Origin: a virus
Virus record (IMG/VR): IMGVR_UViG_3300027708_000023
Strand: one strand, 5' to 3'
DNA length: 64,000 nt
Position 1 is the stretch's first letter; each line of letters begins with the position of its first letter. The notes beneath the pieces were generated by a model that did no database searches, had not been told where the DNA came from, and saw only the letters and a program-made list of their open reading frames with translations. This document shows positions 1 through 9,087 of this stretch, piece by piece. The position numbers were made by a program, and so were the translations under genes.

Positions 1-101
1 TTACAATACCGTAAGCTTTCTCTAAGTCTATATGGAATAAGCACTTACATAGAGTTCGGCCCGCCACGCTCGCCCTAAGTCCTTATAGGGCAAGGCTTTG
101 C
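1..101. repeat. Composite palindromic element, copy 1 (TTAC-N6-GTAAG; TAAGT-N15-ACTTA; CGGCCCGC; second, degenerate TAAGT box)
   Basis: TAAGT 23-27/ACTTA 43-47, CGGCCCGC 57-64, TAAGT 76-80. Box and CGGCCCGC spacing match the copy at 943-1054. Confidence 0.7.
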
Positions 102-102
102 G

Positions 103-318
103 TCAAGAGGCGTGAATGAACACTTGTTCACTTCTCAGTCTGCTATTGATAGTTACGATCCAGTTTTTTCCGCTACCATCCTCACGCATGATACCGTTGA
201 TAAGGCCCACATGAGCGTTACCCTTGGGGTCGAGCACGCAGTGATACTTGCCAGCTCGCATAGCAGAGAAAATCTTGTCAAGGTTATTCGTTACCGGCTT
301 ATAGGCTGTTGCAAACAT
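103..318 (-). CDS. Small hypothetical early protein (71 aa)
   Basis: ORF with AAAGGA RBS and its own consensus sigma70 promoter upstream. Confidence 0.75.
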   Translation of the reverse strand: MFATAYKPVTNNLDKIFSAMRAGKYHCVLDPKGNAHVGLINGIMREDGSGKNWIVTINSRLRSEQVFIHAS

Positions 319-345
319 GTTTTTCCTTTTCTTTCTTGTTTTTCT

Positions 346-375
346 ATTATACAGTATAGACTAGGTGGTTGTCAA
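346..375 (-). promoter_or_regulatory. sigma70-type promoter TTGACA-N18-TATAAT
   Basis: Reverse complement of ATTATA 346-351 and TGTCAA 370-375. Confidence 0.75.
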
Positions 376-393
376 TACCTTAGAAAATATTTT

Positions 394-561
394 TTAGTGA
401 GAGGAAGCCGGAAGCCTTTTGATGATTCGGCTACCATAGGCAGTTTCATCGCCCTCCCATTTGCTCCAACCGGCTTCATACGCTTCGTTTTCAGTATTGA
501 ACGGGCCGATGAAGTCGATTTCACAATCCCAAGCGTCGAAAACCTGAATGAAATAAGTCAT
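394..561 (-). CDS. Small acidic hypothetical early protein (55 aa, MTYFIQVFDAWDCEIDFIGPF...), absent from the ORF track
   Basis: Translated by hand: ATG at 561, TAA at 394-396, AAAGGA RBS, promoter upstream. Confidence 0.7.
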   Translation of the reverse strand: MTYFIQVFDAWDCEIDFIGPFNTENEAYEAGWSKWEGDETAYGSRIIKRLPASSH

Positions 562-598
562 TTTCTTTTCCTTTATCCTATCGTTCTCTTGTGTCTCT

Positions 599-628
599 AT
601 TATAGCTTATCGGCTAGACGGCTGTCAA
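599..628 (-). promoter_or_regulatory. sigma70-type promoter TTGACA-N18-TATAAT
   Basis: ATTATA 599-604 and TGTCAA 623-628; flanking GTCAATACCTTAG is shared with the 346-375 promoter. Confidence 0.75.
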
Positions 629-632
629 TACC

Positions 633-875
633 TTAGTAGTAAAGAAAATCGCTAAGAATGTTTCCGTCACGATCAACATTAATTCCCTCGCCCTCATCGC
701 CGCAGGGAAAGAAATCTCCGATGGAAGCGGTCCCGTCGCTCAGTTCGTAGTAGTGGAAAGCCTCGATGAGCAACTCACCGCCAATACGAGCAATTCCAAC
801 CAAGGTTTCGGGGCTGGTCGAATCAGCACCATAGAGGAGGTTGTTCAGTTCGTCGCGATTGTTGATGGTGATCAT
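633..875 (-). CDS. Small acidic hypothetical early protein (80 aa)
   Basis: ORF with GAGGA RBS and promoter upstream. Confidence 0.75.
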   Translation of the reverse strand: MITINNRDELNNLLYGADSTSPETLVGIARIGGELLIEAFHYYELSDGTASIGDFFPCGDEGEGINVDRDGNILSDFLYY

Positions 876-903
876 TTTCTTGTCCTCTTGTTCTTATATC
901 GAC

Positions 904-931
904 ATTATACAGAGTATTCTGTAGTTTGCAA
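904..931 (-). promoter_or_regulatory. sigma70-type promoter TTGCAA-N16-TATAAT
   Basis: ATTATA 904-909 and TTGCAA 926-931. Confidence 0.55.
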
Positions 932-942
932 GTGGAAAGTTT

Positions 943-1054
943 CCTTACATTTCCGTAAGGTTCGCGGTTTTCGTTCTAAACCCTTGGGACCAAAAGACTT
1001 ACATCAAACGCGGCCCGCAAAATGAGACATAAGTCCTTATCTGCCATATACTTG
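943..1054. repeat. Composite palindromic element, copy 2
   Basis: CCTTAC-N6-GTAAGG 943-960; TAAAC 977-981/ACTTA 997-1001; CGGCCCGC 1011-1018; TAAGT 1030-1034/ACTTG 1050-1054. Confidence 0.7.
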
Positions 1055-1168
1055 GGGGGTTTTTCTGTTTTATTAAGGACCCCAGAAAATTGCGAGACAA
1101 TCCGGGGGTGGTACATAAACAATAAGGACCCCCATATAATAATTGGCCGGTTTAATAGCCACTTTATA

Positions 1169-2980
1169 TTATTCTACAGTCACGCTTTTGGCTAAATTCC
1201 GTGGCTTATCAACGTTTTTGCCCCTCAAAACTGCCGAGTAGTAAGAAAATAGCTGCAAAGGAACTATTCCCATCAGTGGACTCAAAGCATCAGTCACCAT
1301 TGGCACCCTTATCTTATAATCCCCCAATCCAGCATTCTCAGAAAATATGCTTATCACCTTACCGTCTCGTGCCATTATCTCACTAACATTATTTACCATC
1401 TTCCCATACTGCCCCACATTATTAGCTAAAACGATCACTGGCATATTTTTATCTATCAAAGCAATAGGTCCATGTTTCATTTCCGCCGCCGGATATCCTT
1501 CAGCATGAACATAACTTATCTCTTTTAACTTAAGAGCCCCCTCAAGAGCTATTGGAAAATTATATCCGCGCCCCAAAAACAAGCAATTAGTCATTCCAAC
1601 CATCGTCTCTGCTAAAAATTCCACATTCTCATAACACTTCAAACATCTTTCAGTCAAATCTGGCAAATCTCTCAAATCATCTATTATTGTTTTTCTATGA
1701 TCCAAACCCATAAGCCCCAAGTTCTGCTCAATCCACAGACTTAACATCAATAAAACAACCACCTGATTAGTAAAAGCTTTAGTACTAGCAACTCCCACTT
1801 CCACACCAGCCCGCAAATAAATTCCACAATCAGTCATTCTTGATATGGTAGAATTAGGAACATTACAAATCCCCACAATAATCGCCCCATATATCTTTGC
1901 TATTTCTAAAGCACTAATAGTATCTGCAGTTTCCCCACTTTGACTAACTCCAACAACAATATCCCCCTGCTCAATACATGGCTTTCGATATCGGAACTCA
2001 CTAGCATATTCCACACTCACCTTAATTTTACAAAATTCCTCAATATAATATTTTGCAATCAAAGACGAATGCCAACTTGACCCACAACTCACTATGGTTA
2101 TATGCTTTACCTTTTTAAATAAATTCTCATATCCAATCAATCCCCCCAATTTAATCCGGTATCCATCAAGTCGCCCCTTCAAGCAATCATCAATCACCCT
2201 TGGTTGCTCAAAAATCTCCTTAAGCATGAAACTATCATAACTTCCCTTTTCCACCCTCAAATTATGATTATATACCTGCTCAATCTCATAATCAATTTCT
2301 ATATCGTTATGAAGATCATATACGGCCAATTTGTCCGTAATTTCCCCCACACTATTATCTTTTAAATAAACCAGCCCCAAACTTACCCTATCACCAAAAG
2401 CCCCACTATCACTCCCCACCATTATCTCATTTACCCCCAATCCTATTACCAAAGGACTTCCTTTTCGAGCCACTATCATTTGACCGTTATCCCCCAACAC
2501 CACCATAGCAAAGGCCCCGACAATTTTCCTAAGAGCGCACTTGACGCTCGTTAAAATATCCTCTCCTTCCTGCACAAATTCATATATTTGATACAAAAGG
2601 ACTTCAGAATCAGTGTCGCTTTTGAACTTATACTTTTTCTCCAGACTATCCTTTAATTCTTGGTAATTCTCAATTATACCATTGTGGATTATGGCCAATT
2701 TATTGTCGCTGGTCAGATGAGGATGAGAATTCCTTTTACAGGGCTTTCCGTGGGTGGCCCATCGGGTGTGGCCAATGCCGCTGTAGGCTTCGATATGGGG
2801 GTTTTTAACAACCTTTTTTAAATCTTCCACGCTACCAGTCTGTTTGACATTTATTAAAGTCTGGTTGACCAAATAGCAGATGCCAGCACTATCATAACCC
2901 CTATATTCCAGAGATTGAAGTCCATCAAGCAAAAAAGACAAGCATTTCTGCTTGCCTTTGTAAGCTACTATACCACACAT
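1169..2980 (-). CDS. glmS: Glutamine--fructose-6-phosphate aminotransferase (isomerizing)
   Basis: N-terminal MCGI, EYRGYDSAG, GHTRWATHG, SQSGETADT, ALKLKEISY, EMKHGP, C-terminal PRNLAKSVTVE. Confidence 0.97.
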   Translation of the reverse strand: MCGIVAYKGKQKCLSFLLDGLQSLEYRGYDSAGICYLVNQTLINVKQTGSVEDLKKVVKNPHIEAYSGIGHTRWATHGKPCKRNSHPHLTSDNKLAIIHNGIIENYQELKDSLEKKYKFKSDTDSEVLLYQIYEFVQEGEDILTSVKCALRKIVGAFAMVVLGDNGQMIVARKGSPLVIGLGVNEIMVGSDSGAFGDRVSLGLVYLKDNSVGEITDKLAVYDLHNDIEIDYEIEQVYNHNLRVEKGSYDSFMLKEIFEQPRVIDDCLKGRLDGYRIKLGGLIGYENLFKKVKHITIVSCGSSWHSSLIAKYYIEEFCKIKVSVEYASEFRYRKPCIEQGDIVVGVSQSGETADTISALEIAKIYGAIIVGICNVPNSTISRMTDCGIYLRAGVEVGVASTKAFTNQVVVLLMLSLWIEQNLGLMGLDHRKTIIDDLRDLPDLTERCLKCYENVEFLAETMVGMTNCLFLGRGYNFPIALEGALKLKEISYVHAEGYPAAEMKHGPIALIDKNMPVIVLANNVGQYGKMVNNVSEIMARDGKVISIFSENAGLGDYKIRVPMVTDALSPLMGIVPLQLFSYYSAVLRGKNVDKPRNLAKSVTVE

Positions 2981-2986
2981 AGTTTT

Positions 2987-3298
2987 TTAGTACCGATAAG
3001 GATACTGTCGATAGTTATAATAAACCGGCCTATTCCAGTAACATGACGGAAAGTAGGTTTGAGCATACGGGGTCACCTCAGATATTGGTCGATATAACGG
3101 AGCTTGATAATACTGAACATTTGGAACATTTACCGGAACCATAGTAGTATAGTAATTAGTTACAGCATAATTGTAAGGAACATATTGGGTTGTATTAACC
3201 ACCATAGGAACCCATGCTTGAGTAACTACCGGATATTGAGCAGAGGCTAAGTTTCCCAGCATAAGCAACAACGTTAAAGAGCATAGTAGAGTTTTCAT
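2987..3298 (-). CDS. Secreted Tyr/Pro/Val-rich small protein (probable start ATG at 3298)
   Basis: GGAG RBS before MKTLLCSLTLLLMLGNLASA signal-peptide-like sequence; low-complexity mature part. Confidence 0.65.
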   Translation of the reverse strand: MKTLLCSLTLLLMLGNLASAQYPVVTQAWVPMVVNTTQYVPYNYAVTNYYTTMVPVNVPNVQYYQAPLYRPISEVTPYAQTYFPSCYWNRPVYYNYRQYPYRY

Positions 3299-3332
3299 AA
3301 TTTTCTCCAGGTTCGGGACATAAGACACTTTT

Positions 3333-3361
3333 ATTCTAACGCGTCAGGCCTCAATAGTCAA
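3333..3361 (-). promoter_or_regulatory. sigma70 promoter TTGACT-N17-TAGAAT driving the secreted protein and glmS
   Basis: ATTCTA 3333-3338 and AGTCAA 3356-3361. Confidence 0.6.
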
Positions 3362-3451
3362 ATCTTCTTTTTAAGAACACATGTTTTTATCTTATGATAT
3401 AGTGTATATTTTATTAGCTATTATTTACCATAAGTAGGAGAAACCATAATT

Positions 3452-4285
3452 ATGAGAGAACCATTACCTCCTGGTGTTATTTTTAGTCCAATGCAATGCA
3501 TAAGCTGTAATGGTATAGTTGGCGGTTGGAATACTGTTAATTGGGTGACTAAACAACAATGTGATAGTACAGGAGGAACCTCATCTGTTGGAGAGGGCGC
3601 TCCAGAATCTACTGTTGGACCTTGTGGACAAGTTTTAAATGCGCCAAACTGTAATTCTTATTTTGCAAATAGGTCATTTGCAGGAATTCCTATAAGAGTT
3701 ATAAAACCCATGATAACTCTAATTGGAGCAGGAGGAGGAACGGTAAGAGTAAATGCTTGTAATATTAGTGACTCTGATCCTCCTGGGGCTATTCCAGTAC
3801 ACTATGACTCTATGAAAGATTTACAAGACTCATGTACAGCTTTTTCTGCTCTTCATCCCGAACTAACTCTTTGTTTAAATAGAGTACATCAATATGCTCC
3901 AATAACCGTAGAAAATACCAATATTAATGAGACCTTTCCCACAACAACAGATACATCGTCTCCGTGGACTTATGGTATTCCATTAACTGTTATTTCAGGA
4001 GGAGTAGCTACGGCAGTATATAGATATTTTACTACTCCTGGAGTTCCTCCCCCAGGACCTCCACCAACATTCAATCCTATTGGACCAGTACCCTCAGCAG
4101 CAATCGGGGCTCTGAAAGCTTTAAAAGCAATATTAGGAGCAGCAACAGGAGTAATATTTGGACCAATTTTAGTAAGACCAGATCCTGTTGGAGGAGGACA
4201 AGTTGCAAGTTATGGAATAATACTATATAACAGCGACGGAACTTCATCAAATACCCTAATTGCTGAAATTCCATTATCGTCTTAA
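3452..4285 (+). CDS. Hypothetical Cys-rich protein with hydrophobic and poly-Pro C-terminal half
   Basis: AGGAG RBS; AGTGTA late motif at 3401. Confidence 0.7.
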   Translation: MREPLPPGVIFSPMQCISCNGIVGGWNTVNWVTKQQCDSTGGTSSVGEGAPESTVGPCGQVLNAPNCNSYFANRSFAGIPIRVIKPMITLIGAGGGTVRVNACNISDSDPPGAIPVHYDSMKDLQDSCTAFSALHPELTLCLNRVHQYAPITVENTNINETFPTTTDTSSPWTYGIPLTVISGGVATAVYRYFTTPGVPPPGPPPTFNPIGPVPSAAIGALKALKAILGAATGVIFGPILVRPDPVGGGQVASYGIILYNSDGTSSNTLIAEIPLSS

Positions 4286-4335
4286 TAGTTTTGGGGTATA
4301 TCTTAATAAGATACAACTTCTCATAAGGAGAGTCT

Positions 4336-5052
4336 ATGATCAATAGTAGTCAACCATTCTTATATACAAACAATAGCGGCCAAAAATGCCTTCTTTATTG
4401 TTATGCTGATTCATTAAGAACACTAGTTTTTGGAAAAGAATATTCTATTCGTCCATGGAAAATCTACCACAAAAATTATGTTACAAATGAAGAAGTTAGT
4501 ATTACTACCCCAACAAACGTTGAGAATTACGGAGAGGTAATTCTAGAATGTAATCCTCATCTATATTCCAATAAACTATATTATACAGCAGGATTTAATA
4601 AGGGGCCAAATACTCCCATAGTTTATTATTTATGTTCTTTGGACATTTCGCCTCTAGATCCTTCTCAAACTTCTAATTTTACAGTTATCCAGCAAACTTT
4701 CACAGGAACAGTCGTTGATGATATTCCAATCTACGCCAATCCTAACAAGAACGGAAAAGTATTAAAAGGAATCACAAATCCCCAGGAGTTTGACTTGGGA
4801 TTAGTTTATATCTACAAATTAAATAAAGTTTTTAATGAAGACAAATTTATAGTAACAGGACAAACAACTGAGAAGTCATACCTTTCCTTATTAGTTGATA
4901 GTTCATTCAATATCATTAAAGAGCTCAAAAACAATAATAATAAATCAATTTATAAATGTTCTTTACTAAATAATGAACTAGTTTATACTCTTAAACTAGA
5001 TCAAGATAGTTATGAATCACGAGAATTGGTAGAGGAGGTTTATAATGGCTGA
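4336..5052 (+). CDS. Hypothetical protein (beta-rich)
   Basis: AAGGAG RBS, 238 aa, operon context. Confidence 0.7.
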   Translation: MINSSQPFLYTNNSGQKCLLYCYADSLRTLVFGKEYSIRPWKIYHKNYVTNEEVSITTPTNVENYGEVILECNPHLYSNKLYYTAGFNKGPNTPIVYYLCSLDISPLDPSQTSNFTVIQQTFTGTVVDDIPIYANPNKNGKVLKGITNPQEFDLGLVYIYKLNKVFNEDKFIVTGQTTEKSYLSLLVDSSFNIIKELKNNNNKSIYKCSLLNNELVYTLKLDQDSYESRELVEEVYNG

Positions 5053-5839
5053 TAGTAGTAATAGATATTCAATAAGTGGTTTAATTCGCAATAGAACCTT
5101 AAGTGGGCTACATGCACATAGGCCAGAGAATACCACAAAATACTTTGAGTATACAAAATTAAATATTCCACCACAGTTTGTATCTATATTGCAAACTAAA
5201 GTTACAAGTAATGGTTATAACTATAGCAAGTCTACAACCATTAGTTTTCCACAACCAGAACATCCAGATGGTATAGTTGCTACCGCCAAACCTTTCTTTT
5301 CTCCAATTAAAACAACTTTTACAATAACAAATCCTGGTACAGCATACAGCATAAACGACGCATTTTCAATTCTTCAGCAAGGAGAAGCTGTTGGTTTTAT
5401 GAGAGTCATAGCAACAGGAAATTTAGGCTCAATTTCTGATTATGAGATTTTTTCCAAACCGCTTGATTTAGGTCCTAGCTCACCATTGCCAAATATTGAT
5501 TTATCAAACAATAATTCCGCAACTATTATAGCAAATGATAAATTTGGCATTTTTGAGATAGACATGACAGGCTTTGGTCTTGGATATCAAACCTTTAATA
5601 GAATAACAGGAAATAGCATCAATCGCACACCTATAATTTCTAATCAAGGAATCTCTAATCCAATTCCTAGTGGTTTACAATTAGCAATATCTATGGATCC
5701 TTTTGTTATAGATAATCAAATTGTTGATCCTAGAAAAAGACCATCAGTACCAAATAAGTTTAATGTCTCTTCTGCAAATAATGAATATAAAACCCACTAT
5801 ATGTTAATTAAAAATTTTTCTCTTGGAGATTTTCAATAA
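5045..5839 (+). CDS. Hypothetical virion-like protein
   Basis: GAGGAGG RBS; ITNPGTAY/VTSNGYNY beta motifs typical of phage structural proteins. Confidence 0.65.
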   Translation: MADSSNRYSISGLIRNRTLSGLHAHRPENTTKYFEYTKLNIPPQFVSILQTKVTSNGYNYSKSTTISFPQPEHPDGIVATAKPFFSPIKTTFTITNPGTAYSINDAFSILQQGEAVGFMRVIATGNLGSISDYEIFSKPLDLGPSSPLPNIDLSNNNSATIIANDKFGIFEIDMTGFGLGYQTFNRITGNSINRTPIISNQGISNPIPSGLQLAISMDPFVIDNQIVDPRKRPSVPNKFNVSSANNEYKTHYMLIKNFSLGDFQ

Positions 5840-5852
5840 TTAGGAGACAATT

Positions 5853-7505
5853 ATGCCAATAATGTTTGATGATCCTCTGGTTCCGTCCCCAAAACCAGGC
5901 GGCGGTAGTGGCTCTTGTAGCAGTAGTGGTGGTGGGGGTTTTACCCCTCCTCAATGCCCAATAGTTACCAATAGAACAGTATGTGAACCCAAAACGGTGC
6001 AAAGCTGTAGTTGTGTTAACGACGGTCCTAAAAATCCAGTAACCCCTTCTTCTTGGAGAGTTACAGAAGTAGGAGATTCCGGATATGGAGGATATGACTA
6101 TATAGGAGGATGGAGGAGTTCCACAACCACATCATATGATCCAACTACCCAGACCGTTACTTTAGATGGCGCTCCCTCTTCTTGGAATCCTCCTTATCCA
6201 TATGGATATACTGGATATATGAGATTGATACTAAATTGTTCCGATGGAAGCTCTCATGTTCTAGATAGTTGGACCACCATTAACGGACATCCAACAAGTA
6301 ATCCAGGAGGTAGTCATCCTATTAGTTCTTCTGTTATGAATCCTTGCGGAACACAAGGACCTATTGAAGACGTTAGTGGCAGAGACGAAAACGATTGCAA
6401 TAATGCTAAAACAGCGTATTCTGACTACAAGATATCTTGGAAATGCGTAGATGTAGTAACAGAAGATTGTACAACTATTACAGACACCAACTATGTAGAT
6501 GCTAGTCCAACACTTAAGGCTGGCGTTTTAGCTGGTCTTTTTGGCGGTCTTTTTGGATCAACACCACCTCCACCTACCCAGATAGACCTCAGAACCCTTT
6601 CTTCAGATGAACTCAAAAAGTTTATTGAAGCTGGTTTGGAAACTCAAAAAAATAATAATCCATTATTAAGAGATATCCAGACTTTCGAGAGAGCTAAAAG
6701 TCTTGTCAAAGAATATAAGATAACAACAGTAAACGGAAAAACAGTGATCGAAGTAATATATAAAGATCCAAAAAAGATAAAAGATACAGCAGAAAGAATA
6801 TTGACTGGAACTATCGAAAAAATATGTAAAGAAACACAGACACTGATAAATAGTGGAAAGACAGTTTCTAGTAACAGCGTTGTTGGACAAAAATTTTTGG
6901 AGCTTTTAAAAGCCGGAGGGAAAATTAGCGCACAAACATTAGCAAGATTAGGGCCATGTTTATCAAGACTTAAACCCTTGATTGCTTTTTTGGGGGTTTT
7001 AGCTGCAAGTGAAGCAGAAGCGGCTATTACAGCTTTAAGCGAGCCTTCTTTTGGCTCTAGCGGATTAGCAGATTCAGATATAATTTGGACTTGTGATCCA
7101 GAAGGAGGAGGTGGTTCTTCTGAAGGAAATTCTGGTAGAGGTCCAAAGAAAGCATCTAATAATGATGGACAATTAAATTATACAGATGGGGTGTTTTTGC
7201 CAGACGGTTCATTTCAGAACCATAATGGTTCTATTAGCTCACCTGTTCCTAAACCAGACTCTAATAATCCATCACGATCCAACTTTTTAAGAGGCAATAC
7301 TACAACTAACGTTAATATGAGAGCCATATCCAATATTAATGCTCCTACTGATCTTAGAAATAATTTAACACTAAATTCAAACTATGGTATGCCGATACAA
7401 AACTTTCCAGTTCTTAAAGTAGCTAAAGAACCACCTACACCAAGAGATATAATCATTATAGACGATGGTAAATTTATTCCAGGTCAAGTAAACTACCCAT
7501 TTTAA
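5853..7505 (+). CDS. Hypothetical protein with Cys-rich N-terminus and central charged helical domain
   Basis: AGGAG RBS, 550 aa. Confidence 0.7.
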   Translation: MPIMFDDPLVPSPKPGGGSGSCSSSGGGGFTPPQCPIVTNRTVCEPKTVQSCSCVNDGPKNPVTPSSWRVTEVGDSGYGGYDYIGGWRSSTTTSYDPTTQTVTLDGAPSSWNPPYPYGYTGYMRLILNCSDGSSHVLDSWTTINGHPTSNPGGSHPISSSVMNPCGTQGPIEDVSGRDENDCNNAKTAYSDYKISWKCVDVVTEDCTTITDTNYVDASPTLKAGVLAGLFGGLFGSTPPPPTQIDLRTLSSDELKKFIEAGLETQKNNNPLLRDIQTFERAKSLVKEYKITTVNGKTVIEVIYKDPKKIKDTAERILTGTIEKICKETQTLINSGKTVSSNSVVGQKFLELLKAGGKISAQTLARLGPCLSRLKPLIAFLGVLAASEAEAAITALSEPSFGSSGLADSDIIWTCDPEGGGGSSEGNSGRGPKKASNNDGQLNYTDGVFLPDGSFQNHNGSISSPVPKPDSNNPSRSNFLRGNTTTNVNMRAISNINAPTDLRNNLTLNSNYGMPIQNFPVLKVAKEPPTPRDIIIIDDGKFIPGQVNYPF

Positions 7506-7522
7506 TTTAAATAGGAATATTT

Positions 7523-7882
7523 ATGAACAACTCAGCTTATTACAACTATGGCCATCGTATTTTTTACCAGTTTAATAATGGACTATATCAAATTCCAGTT
7601 ATTGATTATCTTCACTTAGAGATACAAATATTAGACACAATAACCTATGCTCCTAAACAACATATAGAACATATTGATCCTATATATCCATCTAGAGAAG
7701 ATATTTCTTTAATAGATCTTATTAATAAATCTAGGCCAAATATTCACAATCCAAATAAAATCGCAATAGATATTCCATCAACCAAACACACCAAACAAGA
7801 AAGACTCGGATTCTCTTCTGCGTCTTCTTCTAGTTCTAGTCGTAGATTGGTTTTTACACGAGGTTTAAAGAACGTTGAATAA
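7523..7882 (+). CDS. Hypothetical protein
   Basis: AGGA RBS, 119 aa. Confidence 0.55.
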   Translation: MNNSAYYNYGHRIFYQFNNGLYQIPVIDYLHLEIQILDTITYAPKQHIEHIDPIYPSREDISLIDLINKSRPNIHNPNKIAIDIPSTKHTKQERLGFSSASSSSSSRRLVFTRGLKNVE

Positions 7883-7910
7883 AAAAGGGACAGCCAATTA
7901 CGACTATCCC
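7882..7910 (-). terminator. Rho-independent terminator (minus strand; possibly bidirectional)
   Basis: GGGATAGTC-gtaatt-GGCTGTCCC then T-run on the minus strand, between convergent genes. Confidence 0.65.
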
Positions 7911-7942
7911 CATTTTATTATTTATTTACTATTATTAGTAAG

Positions 7943-8176
7943 TCAAACGCTCTGAGTACTATTTTCCTCAGGACTTTCCACAATCCTAATCTTTGGCCTT
8001 CGACCCTTAGCTTTTTTAATTCCTAGCTTTCTTCGCTGCCTACGAATCATGCTGGTTGTAATGTTTTGTGTGGTCATTTGGCTAAGCTTAGCGGCTAACT
8101 CATCATCACTCAACAACTTCTGATTCTCATTAATAAACTTCAATTCGGCTTCTGTCCACTTCTTGTAATTAGCCAT
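7943..8176 (-). CDS. Small HTH-type DNA-binding protein
   Basis: KKWTEAELKFI...DDELAAKL...MIRRQRRKLGI; basic tail. Confidence 0.65.
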   Translation of the reverse strand: MANYKKWTEAELKFINENQKLLSDDELAAKLSQMTTQNITTSMIRRQRRKLGIKKAKGRRPKIRIVESPEENSTQSV

Positions 8177-8264
8177 AAAAAATGTTCCTTTTGGTGTAAT
8201 ATTGACTACAGACTAGAATACTCTATTATATTATAGATTGACAAGTTTGATGCAAGGAGAAAAG

Positions 8265-8441
8265 ATGAATAATCCCAAAATTAAGATAACAGACTCCGTT
8301 TTGGACGTTAAAGCCGTTGGCAGCATTATGGACGTGTCAGCAGATTTTGATTGTGTACAAACCAAAACTATAGCAGAACTACTAGATGCCGAACAACAAG
8401 AAGAAGAAAATAACACTAAAAAGCAAAAAGAAAAAAATTAA
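8265..8441 (+). CDS. Small hypothetical protein (probable start 8265)
   Basis: AAGGAG RBS before ATG 8265. Confidence 0.5.
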   Translation: MNNPKIKITDSVLDVKAVGSIMDVSADFDCVQTKTIAELLDAEQQEEENNTKKQKEKN

Positions 8442-9087
8442 TAGCGCTAATTTATATGGTGTGTCAGAAGAGGAATTTTTAATAGTTTTAGATAACATAA
8501 GTAGAAGACTAGCTAATAAATTCAAATTTGGATATCATGACTTTGATGATATGAAACAACAAGCGGCTATTTTTGCTCTTGAAGGATTAGAAAAGTACGA
8601 TCACTCACGCCCATTAGAAAATTTCTTATGGACCCATGTTCGTAATCGTCTATTCAATTATAAAAGGAATAATTACCAGAGACCCGACAAGCCATGTTTA
8701 ACTTGTCCTCTTTTTGACAAAGCATATCAATGTTCAACAAATCAATGTTCCAAGTATACCGACAAAACAGAGTGCGAATTATATTCAGCATGGGCAAGTC
8801 GAAATGACTCTAAAAAGAACATTATGCAGCCATCTTATATTAGTGATCATGAAAATTTACATAATACCCTAGCTAAAGATGAGCTTTTCAATAACATACA
8901 AAACAATGAGATTATTAAATTTTTGGATCAACATGTTCAATCAGAATATAGAGAAACTTATTTAAAGCTTAAACATGGACTTAAAATTCCCAGACAGCAA
9001 CTTGATAAACTAAAAAGTCACATTAACGAAATACTCAGGAACAACAAGTGGACACCAGAAAATCTCCAAGAAAACGAGGACAATTAA
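8386..9087 (+). CDS. Phage sigma70-family RNA polymerase sigma factor with a Cys-rich insertion
   Basis: Region-2-like DDMKQQAAIFALEGLEKYD...FLWTHVRNRLFNYKR, followed by CLTC..C..C..C. Confidence 0.7.
   Translation: MPNNKKKKITLKSKKKKINSANLYGVSEEEFLIVLDNISRRLANKFKFGYHDFDDMKQQAAIFALEGLEKYDHSRPLENFLWTHVRNRLFNYKRNNYQRPDKPCLTCPLFDKAYQCSTNQCSKYTDKTECELYSAWASRNDSKKNIMQPSYISDHENLHNTLAKDELFNNIQNNEIIKFLDQHVQSEYRETYLKLKHGLKIPRQQLDKLKSHINEILRNNKWTPENLQENEDN

Noticed and set aside
112-636. 174-aa plus-strand ORF (also 753-1025)
   Set aside because: Antisense to minus-strand genes that have clear RBS and promoters; it spans promoter sequence and has no RBS.
2981-3400. glmS ribozyme upstream of glmS
   Set aside because: Only 6 nt separate glmS from the upstream ORF and no ribozyme core was recognised.
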